DNA of 63,225 nucleotides, counting the filler, from Octopus bimaculoides (lineage: Eukaryota): NCBI RefSeq assembly GCF_001194135.2. It is 8 parts of 7 records of this genome, joined end to end, with 100 filler letters (N's around TTAATTAATTAA, not from the genome) between each part and the next. Parts side by side here need not be neighbours in the genome. Positions count along the whole stretch, not along the records: positions 47,164 to 52,643 come from NC_069004.1; positions 52,744 to 54,349 come from NC_068986.1; positions 54,450 to 60,964 come from NC_069009.1; positions 61,065 to 63,225 come from NC_068993.1; 4 more parts are not named here. The stretch is one strand, 5' to 3'. Below are positions 51,063-63,225 of this stretch, piece after piece. The translations under genes were made by a program, and so were the position numbers. The notes under the pieces are model-generated. The model was given only the letters and a program-made list of their open reading frames with translations, did no database searches and was not told where the DNA came from. The stretch's first letter is position 1, and each line of letters begins with the position of its first letter.

Positions 51063-53166
51063 GCTGGTGCAGAATGCATTTACTCCATGAGATTTAGCAT
51101 GTTTGAATTGAATTTCTTAACCATTCAGATGCATTTACATACATACATACATATGCACGCACACATGTGTATACATGTGCCTGAGCATGTAATGCATGCA
51201 TACACACATACACATGAATTACTTACCAATGTGTAGTCATACATATAAAACCCATCCCCATGAATTTGCAAGTTGCCAAATGCTATTTCAGAGTGATGTC
51301 TTTAATCAAAAGGCACTTAATTAACAAAGCTAACCATTAATTGTCTGCTTCCTTTGAAGTTGAAGAAATGTACTGAAAGCAATTCCATTTTCTGACTGTT
51401 ATGTCATTGAAAGCATCTCATATGAGAGTTTGAAGTCGACACAGTCAATGAATACGTCCAAGAAAGAGGGTAGAGATTCCTGTTGTCTGGAATCTTTTCA
51501 ACAATGAGGATGGCTTGATTGTCGGTGGTGGGGTTGGTGGTGGTGGTGGTGGTGGTGGTGGTGGAGGAAGAGGATGGCAACAAGAAGGATTTCTTACAGA
51601 GACATACAACTAGGAAGTAGGTTCAAGAGTATAGGTGATTAAAATCAAGCCCAGTTGTTGATTGTTACATACTTTATTGGTTCCAGAAAGATGGAAAAGC
51701 AACTCAACCTTCATGGGATTTGAACCCAGAACATAAAAGCAATGATAATAATAACAACAACAAGAATAATAATGTTGTTATCATTATTATTACTGAGTTT
51801 TCCTTCTTGCTTCAATTTTGTTTCCATTTTTTTTACCAGGTGTCTTCCTGACACCAGGGGCAGAGTAAACATTTAATAAATCAGTAGAAGACAAAAGGAA
51901 TCCACAGTTTTAGTTTTTATTAGAAGCAGTTTGAGCAACTGCATAGAGAGTATCCTGCTGGTTTTCATTTCGTTGTTTTATATGCAGTGAGTAGATCATA
52001 AAGAAAACAAAACAAAAAAAAGAAAAAAAAAAAGAAAAGTATGCTTAATGAAAGTGGGTTTATGAAAATATCTCTCATCACCACAGTTTAAGGGAGTGCA
52101 CCACTCAGTGCCAGATGTTTCTTTTTCTCTACTTTTTAATAGCCTTGGTTCCTGCACGACAGATGCACAAATTGATGCTTTGGTGCATTTGTAAAGCATT
52201 TACATGTCTACATATGTTTGTGTATATATGTGTGTGGTGGGAGGTGAGACAGACAGATACAAAATGCATGAGAATGAGCAAATGAATTTAGTCAGTTAAG
52301 AACAGAAGCCATGATAGCCACTGCCTGGTCTTGCATCTTATTACAAGTCAGTAGCTTGCGGATTTTTCTATCAGTTTTCATTATTTCACTGGTATTCCAG
52401 TTAAGCACATTGAAGCTATAAAGAACAACTGGGACTGCTAAGGAATTTATGGCTAGCACCTTATTATATGCATTCAGCTCAGACTTCAGAACTGCTCAAA
52501 CTCTTCTATAACATTCCTTCCTAACCTTCTCTTTCATGCTTGCATGCTGGATACCAGAGCCTTCATTTATTCCTAGGTATTTATAGGTTTGTTCCTGCTC
52601 AAGTTCTTTTATTACTGTTTCGACATCTAATTCTATTGAACTTNNNNNNNNNNNNNNNNNNNNNNNNNNNNNNNNNNNNNNNNNNNNTTAATTAATTAAN
52701 NNNNNNNNNNNNNNNNNNNNNNNNNNNNNNNNNNNNNNNNNNNGGCGCATTTATCTGTGTGAGTGTGTATATGTGTGTTGTGCCTATGTGTGTATATTTA
52801 GCTATAGATGTATGTATGTGTATGTGCGTACATGTGTGTGTGTGTGTGTGTGCACTCGTATATGCATGTGTGTACGTATATGTGTGTGCGCGTATGTGTG
52901 TGTACGTGTGCAAGAGAGTGTGTTTGCATGAGTATATGTTTCTGTATGTTTATCTGCATCTGTTTGTATGTGTAACTGTACGTGTGCGCGCTCGTATATG
53001 TGTATGTGCTTCTGTGTATATATCTATGTGTGTGATTGTGCACTACTATACTATTTGTTTTGGAAAGCACACCACATTGTTCACGCAGCTGCGCGCGCGT
53101 GTGTGCATGTATGTGTGTGTGCATGTATGTGTATGTGTATGCATGTATGCATATATATATATTTCT

Positions 53167-53201
<35 letters not shown>

Positions 53202-53593
53202 TATATATATAAATATGTATATATGTGCATGTCTATGGTTGTGTGTATGTGTGCGCAGGTTTGTGCACAGGTGCAAGTGTGTGTGTCTGTGTGTTTGTGT
53301 ATGTATTCCGTTATACCAATCAGCGAAGTGCGTGGTTAGTGCCTTATACTGCACCTGTGACTGCATCTCTATTGTATGCAGTTGATGATGGCAGTAGTGG
53401 TGGTGGTGGTGATGGTGGTGGCATTGCTAGGGAAGGTGGGTACCGACAATAATTGTGGTGGTGGTGGAGACGGTTATAGAGGTAAAAGTGTTACAGGTGT
53501 TGTTTTCGGTGACGATGTTGCCTGATGGTATTAGCGGTGGTGGCGGCGGGGCGGCGGCTGTGATGGGGGTGGTGGTGATGGTGGTAATGCTGT

Positions 53594-53641
<48 letters not shown>

Positions 53642-53655
53642 GAACAATGACTCAC

Positions 53656-53694
53656 CAATCTGTTGTACGCCGTTCTTTTACATAACATCTCTAC
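53656..53694 (-). CDS. Candidate 39-nt exon: VEMLCKRTAYNRL
   Basis: Acceptor tttcctttgcacgcag|, consensus donor TTG|gtgagt; single open frame, phase 0/0. Confidence 0.35.
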
Positions 53695-53733
53695 CTGCGT
53701 GCAAAGGAAACTTCATATTGCTTGTGCATACGC

Positions 53734-53770
<37 letters not shown>

Positions 53771-54259
53771 AACATATATGCCATATATACATGCATTCAT
53801 ACATACACACATGCATACCATCAATGCAGATACAAATAGATGGATGGATGATAGCGTATATAAGTGCACATTTATGGGTTTGTGTGCGCTTGTGTTTGTG
53901 TATGTGTGAATTTGCAAACATAAAGAAACCCATGTGCTTACATCTGTATGTATTCATGCTAAGAACAGCTAAAAAAAAATTTGCGAAGTCATTAGTTATT
54001 ACCATAAGCGATATTTATACACCAGATATTAAAACATACACACACACACACACACACGCACACACACATACATACACACACATGCACACACACATATACA
54101 CACAAAGAAAAGAAAGCAAACATGTTCAATATAGGAAAATAACCAAACCATATTTCAGTTTGGGTGGGTTAATAACAGAATTGTATTTTTATAAAAGTAA
54201 ATACTTTACAAATGTTCACATATTCCGTGCAAAAGAACTTGGAAAATTCTGGAATTATA

Positions 54260-54292
<33 letters not shown>

Positions 54293-54310
54293 AACAGAGT
54301 GAATTGTGAG

Positions 54311-54349
<39 letters not shown>

Positions 54350-54489
54350 NNNNNNNNNNNNNNNNNNNNNNNNNNNNNNNNNNNNNNNNNNNNTTAATTA
54401 ATTAANNNNNNNNNNNNNNNNNNNNNNNNNNNNNNNNNNNNNNNNNNNNATGTAAAGGCATAATTTTTTAAACTCTGATGTGATATCAG

Positions 54490-54562
54490 CCTCTTTTGCC
54501 GAACCTCTAAGTTACAAGAACGTGAACAAACCAGCACTGGTTGTCAAGCGGTGACGGAGACA

Positions 54563-54616
<54 letters not shown>

Positions 54617-54765
54617 CTGGTTTCCGCCTATCAAATCCATTCACAAGGCTTTAGTCCGCTTGTAGCTGTAGGAAAAGACACTTGCCTAAGAAGTCACATA
54701 GTGGGACTGAACCTGAAACAATGTGCTTGGGAAGCAAGCTTCTTACCACACAGCCACTGTTTCCT
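54490..54765 (-). mobile_element. Family-A SINE (tail, (CA)n linker, head)
   Basis: ctcttttgccgaacctctaagttac...ggttgtcaagcggtg...(ca)n...cttgggaagcaagcttcttaccacacagcca. Confidence 0.88.
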
Positions 54766-56254
54766 ATATTGGAAGCGACAGATTTCCACTTGACATGTGG
54801 CTGGCAGCGAGTACACATTATTGACAATACGCAAGAATGCAGAAATGCATCTTAGCGTACTCGGTAACCGCTGCCATGATACATATAATGGTGTTTTTAA
54901 ACGCAGCACTTGTATAAGACTCAGTCGAAAACCGCAGCATGATGTCCGTCAACTGTGTGTATTCGTTAAGCATGACCCATAGATGGATATTACACATGAT
55001 ATATATATATACACAGGCATGCATAAACACATACCTTATCCTTTTAAACGACGATGGTTTGGTACTATGAAAAAGAATTTTGGTTTCGTTTTTTAGCAGA
55101 TTCAGTGGCCACACAGAAGCACACTCGTTGACTGCTAATAAAAATAGTATTGTGATGATAATGATGGTGTGAAGTTGGCAGTAGTTCTGGTGTTGATGAT
55201 GATAGTCGTGGCAACAGTGGTGGTGCTGGTTGTTATGATAATGGGGACGATGAGGATTGTGATGGTGGTGGTGGTGGTGGTGGTGGTGGTGGTAATAATA
55301 ATAATGAAGAAGAAGAAGAAGAAGAAGAAGAAGAAGAAGAGTGGCAGAAACGATTGTAGAAGTAGAGGGAAGTATTTCGCCAGAAGAATTCCAACATATT
55401 ACTGCCAGGAATGTAACGTAAAAACGAATTCCAAATAGTCAAGTTCTTTACCGATTCCAAAGCACTCTTGTAATAACGGTCGACACAGGCGCACAGACAT
55501 ACAGAGACGCACACATGAGCAGATACTTACATACACGGGTGCACAGAGGAATTGTATTGATGTATATAGGTGTATGTATGTGTGTTTGCAAATATATAAA
55601 TATATATATATAGGTGTGTGTATATATATAATAAAAGTATAACGTATCTTTTATGTATATAGGTGTGTGTATATTTGTATGTGTTTGCATATATATGTGC
55701 GTGTGTATATATANNNNNNNNNNNNNNNNNNNNNNNNNNNNNNNNNNNNNNNNNNNNNNNNNNNNNNNNNNNNNNNNNNNNNNNNNNNNNNNNNNNNNNN
55801 NNNNNNNNNNNNNNNNNNNNNNNNNNNNNNNNNNNNNNNNNNNNNNNNNNNNNNNNNNNNNNNNNNNNNNNNNNNNNNNNNNNNNNNNNNNNNNNNNNNN
55901 NNNNNNNNNNNNNNNNNNNNNNNNNNNNNNNNNNNNNNNNNNNNNNNNNNNNNNNNNNNNNNNNNNNNNNNNNNNNNNNNNNNNNNNNNNNNNNNNNNNN
56001 NNNNNNNNNNNNNNNNNNNNNNNNNNNNNNNNNNNNNNNNNNNNNNNNNNNNNNGGTGTGTGTATATATATAATAAAAGTATAACGTATCTTTTATGTAT
56101 ATAGGTGTGTGTATATTTGTATGTGTTTGCATATATATGTGCGTGTGTATATATATGTGTATATATATATAATGTATGCTCATATAGTTGTGTGTATACA
56201 TGTATGCGTTTATATACATGTGTATGTATGTATATGTTTGTGTGTGTATGTATA

Positions 56255-56287
<33 letters not shown>

Positions 56288-57634
56288 TATAGTCTATGTA
56301 TTTATGTAGGTGCGTGTACATCTGTGCATATAATGTGTGTGTGTGTGTGAAATTATATATCTATATAGGTATATATGTGTATGCATTGTCGTGTATATAA
56401 ACTCTCACGAAAGTGTATATACACCTCTTTTATATAATTATCTATTTCGATCCTTGCAGTGTTTTTATGCGGCGTGTATATTTGTATGTATATATACGTG
56501 CATTCCGTGTGCGCGTTTGTGTGTATATATGAATATATATATATATATATATATANNNNNNNNNNNNNNNNNNNNNNNNNNNNNNNNNNNNNNNNNNNNN
56601 NNNNNNNNNNNNNNNNNNNNNNNNNNNNNNNNNNNNNNNNNNNNNNNNNNNNNNNNNNNNNNNNNNNNNNNNNNNNNNNNNNNNNNNNNNNNNNNNNNNN
56701 NNNNNNNNNNNNNNNNNNNNNNNNNNNNNNNNNNNNNNNNNNNNNNNNNNNNNNNNNNNNNNNNNNNNNNNNNNNNNNNNNNNNNNNNNNNNNNNNNNNN
56801 NNNNNNNNNNNNNNNNNNNNNNNNNNNNNNNNNNNNNNNNNNNNNNNNNNNNNNNNNNNNNNNNNNNNNNNNNNNNNNNNNNNNNNNNNNNNNNNNNNNN
56901 NNNNNNNNNNNNNNNNNNNNNNNNNNNNNNNNNNNNNNNNNNNNNNNNNNNNNNNNNNNNNNNNNNNNNNNNNNNNNNNNNNNNNNNNNNNNNNNNNNNN
57001 NNNNNNNNNNNNNNNNNNNNNNNNNNNNNNNNNNNNNNNNNNNNNNNNNNNNNNNNNNNNNNNNNNNNNNNNNNNNNNNNNNNNNNNNNNNNNNNNNNNN
57101 NNNNNNNNNNNNNNNNNNNNNNNNNNNNNNNNNNNNNNNNNNNNNNNNNNNNNNNNNNNNNNNNNNNNNNNNNNNNNNNNNNNNNNNNNNNNNNNNNNNN
57201 NNNNNNNNNNNNNNNNNNNNNNNNNNNNNNNNNNNNNNNNNNNNNNNNNTATATATATATATATGGGTATATGTATAATGCAAATATATATGCACGCATG
57301 TTTATATACATATACACACACATAATATTATATACATTGTGTGTATAAGTGCGTTTGTGTGCGCATGCACCTTATATAATTTATTTTAATCAAAGACCAG
57401 TAATTTCCACGGTAAGGAATTCGACACCCTAACATTCCTGCCATAGTTTTATGTAAAATATTGCTCCCATTCTGTAATGGTGCTATTAGCGTTGTTGTTG
57501 TTGGTGGTGGTGGTGTCGTGGCCACAGATTAAAAGCATTCCAGCCGTGTCCGCACAGTTTTTATAGCCGGTCGTCGTCGTCGGCGACGGGTTGAGCGAAC
57601 TGACGAGTTCATTATCTTTGATCTGTGCATATAT

Positions 57635-57741
57635 GAGACAGTAGGGTGTGTTTATTGAGGGTGATTTGGCTGTAATTTCTAACAGATCTAGTGATCATTT
57701 AAATGTCTCCCGCATTGGCTCTGTCCCCCCGCTCTCTCTGT

Positions 57742-57796
<55 letters not shown>

Positions 57797-58297
57797 CCAC
57801 ACACGCACGCACACACGCATACAGAAAACAGTAAGGTGTGATCTAAGGGCGATTTGGTTGCTATTTCTTTCAGGTCTAACTAACATATACAGGTCTCCCT
57901 CAAAGGCTTATACATATATGCGTACATAAGACAGTAAGGTATTATTTGATGGAGATTTAGCTGCTATTTCTACCAGGTCTAGCTACCATGTAGAGGTCTC
58001 GCTCATTGGCTCAAACATGAGACAGTAGGGTGTAAGGGATATTTGGCTGCTATTTCTTTCAGTTTTATCTACCATGTACAGGTCTCCCTCATTGGCTTAT
58101 ATATATATATATATACATACATACATACAATTATTTGAAGGAGATTTGGCTGCTATTTCTACCAGATCTATCTACGTTGTGTAGGTCTCTTACACTGGTT
58201 CATACAGAAGACAGTAGGTTGTGATCTGAGAGAAATTTGGTGAATCACTCAGGGAGACCTACCTGGTGTAGCTACCATGTGGTTTCCTTTATTGATT
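57635..58297. repeat. Six diverged ~85-100 bp tandem units of an interspersed repeat module (family D)
   Basis: Units start near 57635, 57825, 57928, 58019, 58128 and 58207, sharing gacagtag.gt..gat.t.agggagatttggctgctatttct..caggtct; the rc motif also occurs at about 15590, 19860, 20050, 20635, 27180 and 35160. Confidence 0.8.
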
Positions 58298-59224
58298 CAT
58301 ATATATAGATACATACATAAAGCATTTGTGGGAGATGAGCATATATATATATATATATATAGATATGCAGGGCAGGGAATCGTCAATTAGTAATAAAATT
58401 AATAATCAACAATTTTGCCGGGTAGCTCAGTATGAAAACCTTCTTCGGTAAAAAATTTATAATCATAAATATATAGGGATTGACAGTAACCTGCTTCTCC
58501 AACATACTGAGAATTCAGAAATAGCAGTCAAAGAACTACTGATTTCAAAACTACAAATTATTACTCCAGATTGATAGCGATATTTTTGATACACACAGAA
58601 CAAAAAAACAGTAGAGAAGAGTAAAAAACAAACACTTGCCTTTAGTTAATTNNNNNNNNNNNNNNNNNNNNNNNNNNNNNNNNNNNNNNNNNNNNNNNNN
58701 NNNNNNNNNNNNNNNNNNNNNNNNNNNNNNNNNNNNNNNNNNNNNNNNNNNNNNNNNNNNNNNNNNNNNNNNNNNNNNNNNNNNNNNNNNNNNNNNNNNN
58801 NNNNNNNNNNNNNNNNNNNNNNNNNNNNNNNNNNNNNNNNNNNNNNNNNNNNNNNNNNNNNNNNNNNNNNNNNNNNNNNNNNNNNNNNNNNNNNNNNNNN
58901 NNNNNNNNNNNNNNNNNNNNNNNNNNNNNNNNNNNNNNNNNNNNNNNNNNNNNNNNNNNNNNNNNNNNNNNNNNNNNNNNNNNNNNNNNNNNNNNNNNNN
59001 NNNNNNNNNNNNNNNNNNNNNNNNNNNNNNNNNNNNNNNNNNNNNNNNNNNNNNNNNNNNNNNNNNNNNNNNNNNNNNNNNNNNNNNNNNNNNNNNNNNT
59101 ATATATATATATTTATATATATATTTATATATATACGACCCATTGTACAAAAACGTTATTTTCAATAGTTAATTACGAAAAGTAAACTATGTGTGTGAAA
59201 CAAACTATACTCAGCGTTAAGGGG

Positions 59225-59248
59225 TTAGGGTTAGGGTTAGGGTTAGGG
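59225..59248 (+). repeat. Interstitial telomeric repeat (TTAGGG)4
   Basis: ttagggttagggttagggttaggg, embedded in complex sequence at 59135-59545. Confidence 0.9.
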
Positions 59249-59545
59249 TTAATTGTTTCAGAATCGTTTGTTTATGTAGTCGGCACTTAATGTATATCGG
59301 CTGAATGGACGTCAGTGATTGGTTGNNNNNNNNNNGTCGGCACTTAATGTATATCGGCTGAATGGACGTCAGTGATTGGTTGAAATTACAGAAATACGAC
59401 AACTTTAACATGGAATAACTTATGGATTTCTTTTTTGTTTAAGAAGACTAAGAGAAAACAGATGTTTTATGACACATTCTACCAGTGTTCCAAGTTTCAA
59501 AGTGTTTCGTTAATGAAAAATGTGGCCCCCGTTTTAAAAAAGATC

Positions 59546-60100
59546 CTCCGCGGCTGCTAAATCTGGGGAACAGGAAGGGTGCGGAAACGATACCGCCTTG
59601 TTTTAGGCGAAAAACCCACGAGTGAGGAGAGCTCGGTGAAGAATCCAATTCTTGGTGCTTCACAGATTCGGTCGTTTTCGCCAAATCGAAACGCCGCAGT
59701 AGAACTCTCGATTGACGGTCTCGCCCCGGGAGACAAATTCTTGATGCCCAATACCACATTTCCGGGGATGACGCTTGCGGCAGGTCTTCGAGATCGCTCA
59801 TCGTATTCCAGGAACGTTCTTCCACTTTTGAAGCACCCCTGTCATACAACCCATTACCTCGTCGCCGTAAGCTTGCCGAATCAAGATCAATGTCTCTGTA
59901 GCAGACTGCCCAAGTTTAATGCAAAGTTTTACGTTGATTTCTTTTTGCTTCTGTCCATGACAAAATCGCAGACTACAGCATACACGTGATCTCAAAAACA
60001 CAAATTTCACAACTTGTGAAGCAAACATAACGATGTCACCCGACACACTCACTGCTTCATGAAGGTCACTGCTATCCCTCACTGCTATCCTTCACTGCGC
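59546..60100 (-). mobile_element. Deleted mariner (DD34D-type) element with transposase pseudogene (ATG at 59958)
   Basis: INVKLCIKLGQSATETL.LIRQAYGDEVMG; FKSGRTFLEYDERSRRP; GETVNREFYC; KRPNL*STKNWILH; PHPSCSPDLAAA; multiple stops and deletions. Confidence 0.9.
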
Positions 60101-60184
60101 TCGAAATCCAAAAGCTTAAAGACCAAAACCAAAAGCTTAAAGACCAAAACCAAGACCAAAAGCTTAAAGAGCTTTTGGTTTTAA

Positions 60185-60480
60185 GTCTAGTATTCTATTG
60201 TCTATTTTGCCGCACCGCTAAGCTACAGGGAGGTAAACACACAGCAGATGTTAACAGGAGATGGTGGGAGACAAACAGAATCACACACTACACTCACACA
60301 CACATACATGTATAAATATACACACACGTTGGGCTTCTTTCAGTTCCCATGCACCGAATCCCCTCACAAGGCTTCGGTCAGAATGAGGCTATAGTAGAAG
60401 ACACTTGCCCAAGGTGCCACGCTTTGGGACTGAATCCGGAATCATGTGATTGAGCAGCATGCTTCTTAATACACAAACAT
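60185..60480 (-). mobile_element. Family-A SINE (tail and head)
   Basis: ttttgccgcaccgctaag...gggcttctttcagttc...ggctatagtagaagacacttgcccaaggtgccacgc. Confidence 0.88.
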
Positions 60481-60607
60481 GACAGCGCCTGTGTATTACT
60501 CGAACGCAGTGTATAAAATATGTAGGTATATATATATATAGGTGTGTGTATTTGTAAGCATATAAGATAGAATTATTGATATTATATATGCGTATGTTCC
60601 TATGTAT

Positions 60608-60660
<53 letters not shown>

Positions 60661-61064
60661 TGTATTGTGTGTGTGCGTGTCTGTATGTCGGATGCCTATT
60701 TTTCTGTATACGTCTTATATCTCTATACCTCTTGTGTATGTATCTGTTAAAGTATGTACAGAAGATTATCTGTATATTTGCTAATGGTGTGTGCGGGCGA
60801 GTGGTTAGCGTATATGCATGGCACAAGTAATTAAAGAGTGGCGCCATACTTCCTACCCGACACCCCTCTTCTCCCCCCCCTATTTACACCCCCCACCCTC
60901 CTCCACTATCTCCCTCCTTTTCGCACACCATATCTCCTCTCCACATCCTCCTCCACTATCTCCCNNNNNNNNNNNNNNNNNNNNNNNNNNNNNNNNNNNN
61001 NNNNNNNNTTAATTAATTAANNNNNNNNNNNNNNNNNNNNNNNNNNNNNNNNNNNNNNNNNNNN

Positions 61065-61200
61065 GAAGAAGAAGAAGAAGAAGAAGAAGAAGAAGAAGAA
61101 GAAGAAGAAGAAGAAGAAGAAGAAGAAGAAAGAGGAGGAGGAGAAGATGAAAGTGGAAGAGAAGTAGGAGTAGGGAAAGAAGAGGGAGAAGGAGAAAGAA
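61065..61200. repeat. (GAA)n and purine-rich tract
   Basis: Direct reading. Confidence 0.95.
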
Positions 61201-63187
61201 CAGAAAAGAAAAATACAGGAGTGCTGTGACACTGTAAATTGTTCGTGGGATCTTCTTTAATGGTCAAATGACCTAAAAGTGATCTGTTATGGTCGCAGCA
61301 GTAGTGGTTGGAATTGTTCTAAATTCTTGTAGTAGTTTCATCTGTGATGGTGGCGACATTCAAAATATGTTTATATTGTGCGATAAAATATGCTTCTTTG
61401 CTAATGCGCTGATTATAGGTTACATTGTCCCCGAATTTATAGAGGGGACAACGCTAAAGTTCGGTTGTTTTTTAGGGGCGTAAATATAGATCTGCTCGCT
61501 TAATCCTATTTTTCTGTATTCTCACATTTTAATCTGGCATCTATGTATCGTCATCCTCTGACGTAGACTGTTTTAGTTTGACCAATATATTGTTCTCGAC
61601 ACCCTGAGCAAGTTAATACATATATCAGGTTTTCCGAAGCATATATGAAGTTCTTTTTCACTGTTTAAACGTTGACCCTGTTTGAAGGAGAAATCCGATC
61701 CTTCAATTAGGTTGACACATATACCACAGTGACGTCTTCCGCATTTTCTTTACAGTCGGTTTCTGAAGATTATGGAAATATTTACCTATTTAAAGACTAT
61801 GGAAATATCTACAAAACATGTCATTTAATTTTTTTTCTTCAGGAATTTGTTTTCTTATTTTATTCTTAGTTGAAAAAGTCTAAAAGTCGGAAACCGGTAC
61901 TACAATGTACTTTATGATAAAATTCTTTTATTATTTTCTTCCTTGTCTTATTTTCCATATATATATATATATATACATATACACACATACATATATATAC
62001 ATGTGTGTATGTATGTATGTATGTATGTATTTATGTATGTTTAAATGGTTTTCTAACGCTATCAACATGCGAATTTATACTTTCAAGACAAATGGAATTT
62101 TCATAAAGCCGAATGTTCTTCAAGTTCAAAAAGATTTTTCGAAATATTGAATAATGAATAATTTTGCTGTTCAGTGTCAACTTTCGATTTCTTCGTGCAT
62201 ACGACTTTTTCAAAATGAAAACCAATTTGATGCAGGATTTTCTTTTATATATATGTTTTGTCAGAATGGATTATATAATATATAATATGCGAATAAGCGA
62301 AGTCGTAAAGACGTTGTACAAAATACCTCTCGTTATTTATATAAGCGTGTTTGATTCTAATTTCAAATATCTCAAAGGTAAGCATTACTTTTCTTTGTGT
62401 GGGGCTATCGGAAACGTTAGATCGTCTGAAAGATTCCTTACAGTGTTAGATTCCGCTCTTTGAAGCCTGAGTTCAAATTTCAACATCATATGCAAGGGTG
62501 GTAGACTTAAACAGGCGCCCGGTTTAACACCATTATATGGTCATTGTGAGCATTTAGCGGAGTCCATTCATTTGCAAGCATTCACGTCAGGTTTCCGTTT
62601 GTAGGACATCATCATCTCACCCTGTAAATGTTCATAGGACCACCCTTCCTCCTGACGACGTCTTTTTTTTAATTTATCAACTTAAATCAAAAATAGTATG
62701 GAGTAAAAATAACAGCTTTGTGAAATATATTACAATAATTGTTTAAATAAAGAATGACTGAATAAATAAATAACTAAATAAATAAAAAGTCGGAGTTCAT
62801 TTGCTAGATATCAATCAGGAGAGCAGACAACAATCAGACAATGCGTAGACGACCAGAGGATACGCAGATATCCAGACACGCCTAATTGTTGAATCAATAC
62901 AAATTTATTAGTAGAAATGAATTCAATTTTCATCTTCTCTTGTTTTTGTAGGAATCCATCTCATTACTAATGGTTTCATCTATTTAGTTCAAAATAATAG
63001 ATTACTGAATTCTTTTTTCATTTTCTATCTTTTCTAATGGTTAGATAGGACATGGATATGCTCAATAGAATTTGACTCTTTGCCGCGCTATATACACACT
63101 CTATAGCAAGTAAGAGAGAGAAAGAAAGGGAAAGCACTTTTATAACTCCCGTGAGTTAGTCTGGACATGAAAATTTTCTTGATTAAC

Positions 63188-63225
<38 letters not shown>

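Noticed and set aside
55612-56154. About 100-bp sequence repeated on both sides of a gap
   Set aside because: Cannot separate a real minisatellite from contig-end overlap; low-complexity TA/TG sequence.
2113-57325. Long ORFs with X runs and HT/YI/CV/LSIY repeats
   Set aside because: Artefacts of N gaps and di/tetranucleotide repeats.
60066-60190. Short tandem units (tcactgctatcc x3; aaagcttaaagacc x3)
   Set aside because: Local slippage duplications at a mariner/SINE boundary.

Overview
AT-rich eukaryotic DNA from a draft scaffold with many N gaps, most flanked by microsatellites. Seven gaps are 100-bp joins of 44 N + TTAATTAATTAA + 44 N, i.e. artificial linkers. The repeats (tRNA-derived SINEs, RTE and CR1/L2 LINE ends, mariner and maT transposons, dense di/tri/tetranucleotide arrays) look like an octopus genome; this is recognition from memory, not a database result. 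Almost all ORFs in the supplied track are translations of microsatellites or N runs. Well-supported features: about 30 SINE copies or fragments from 3-4 families, a TIR/TSD-complete hAT MITE (14429-14714), an internally deleted DD37D maT transposon (8779-9640), two mariner remnants, several LINE 3' fragments, and (TTAGGG)4 at 59225. The main finding is a chain of small minus-strand exon candidates between about 48.8 kb and 13.2 kb. Most junctions are phase-compatible, and the joined peptide follows the motif order of an ionotropic glutamate receptor amino-terminal (LIVBP-like) domain. That assignment is a by-eye alignment and needs HMM and RNA-seq confirmation. A CpG-depleted block (47.4-52.6 kb) is bounded by linker joins and may be a methylated domain or a misplaced contig. 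I found no evidence of a prokaryote-type novel system such as CRISPR or a defence operon.
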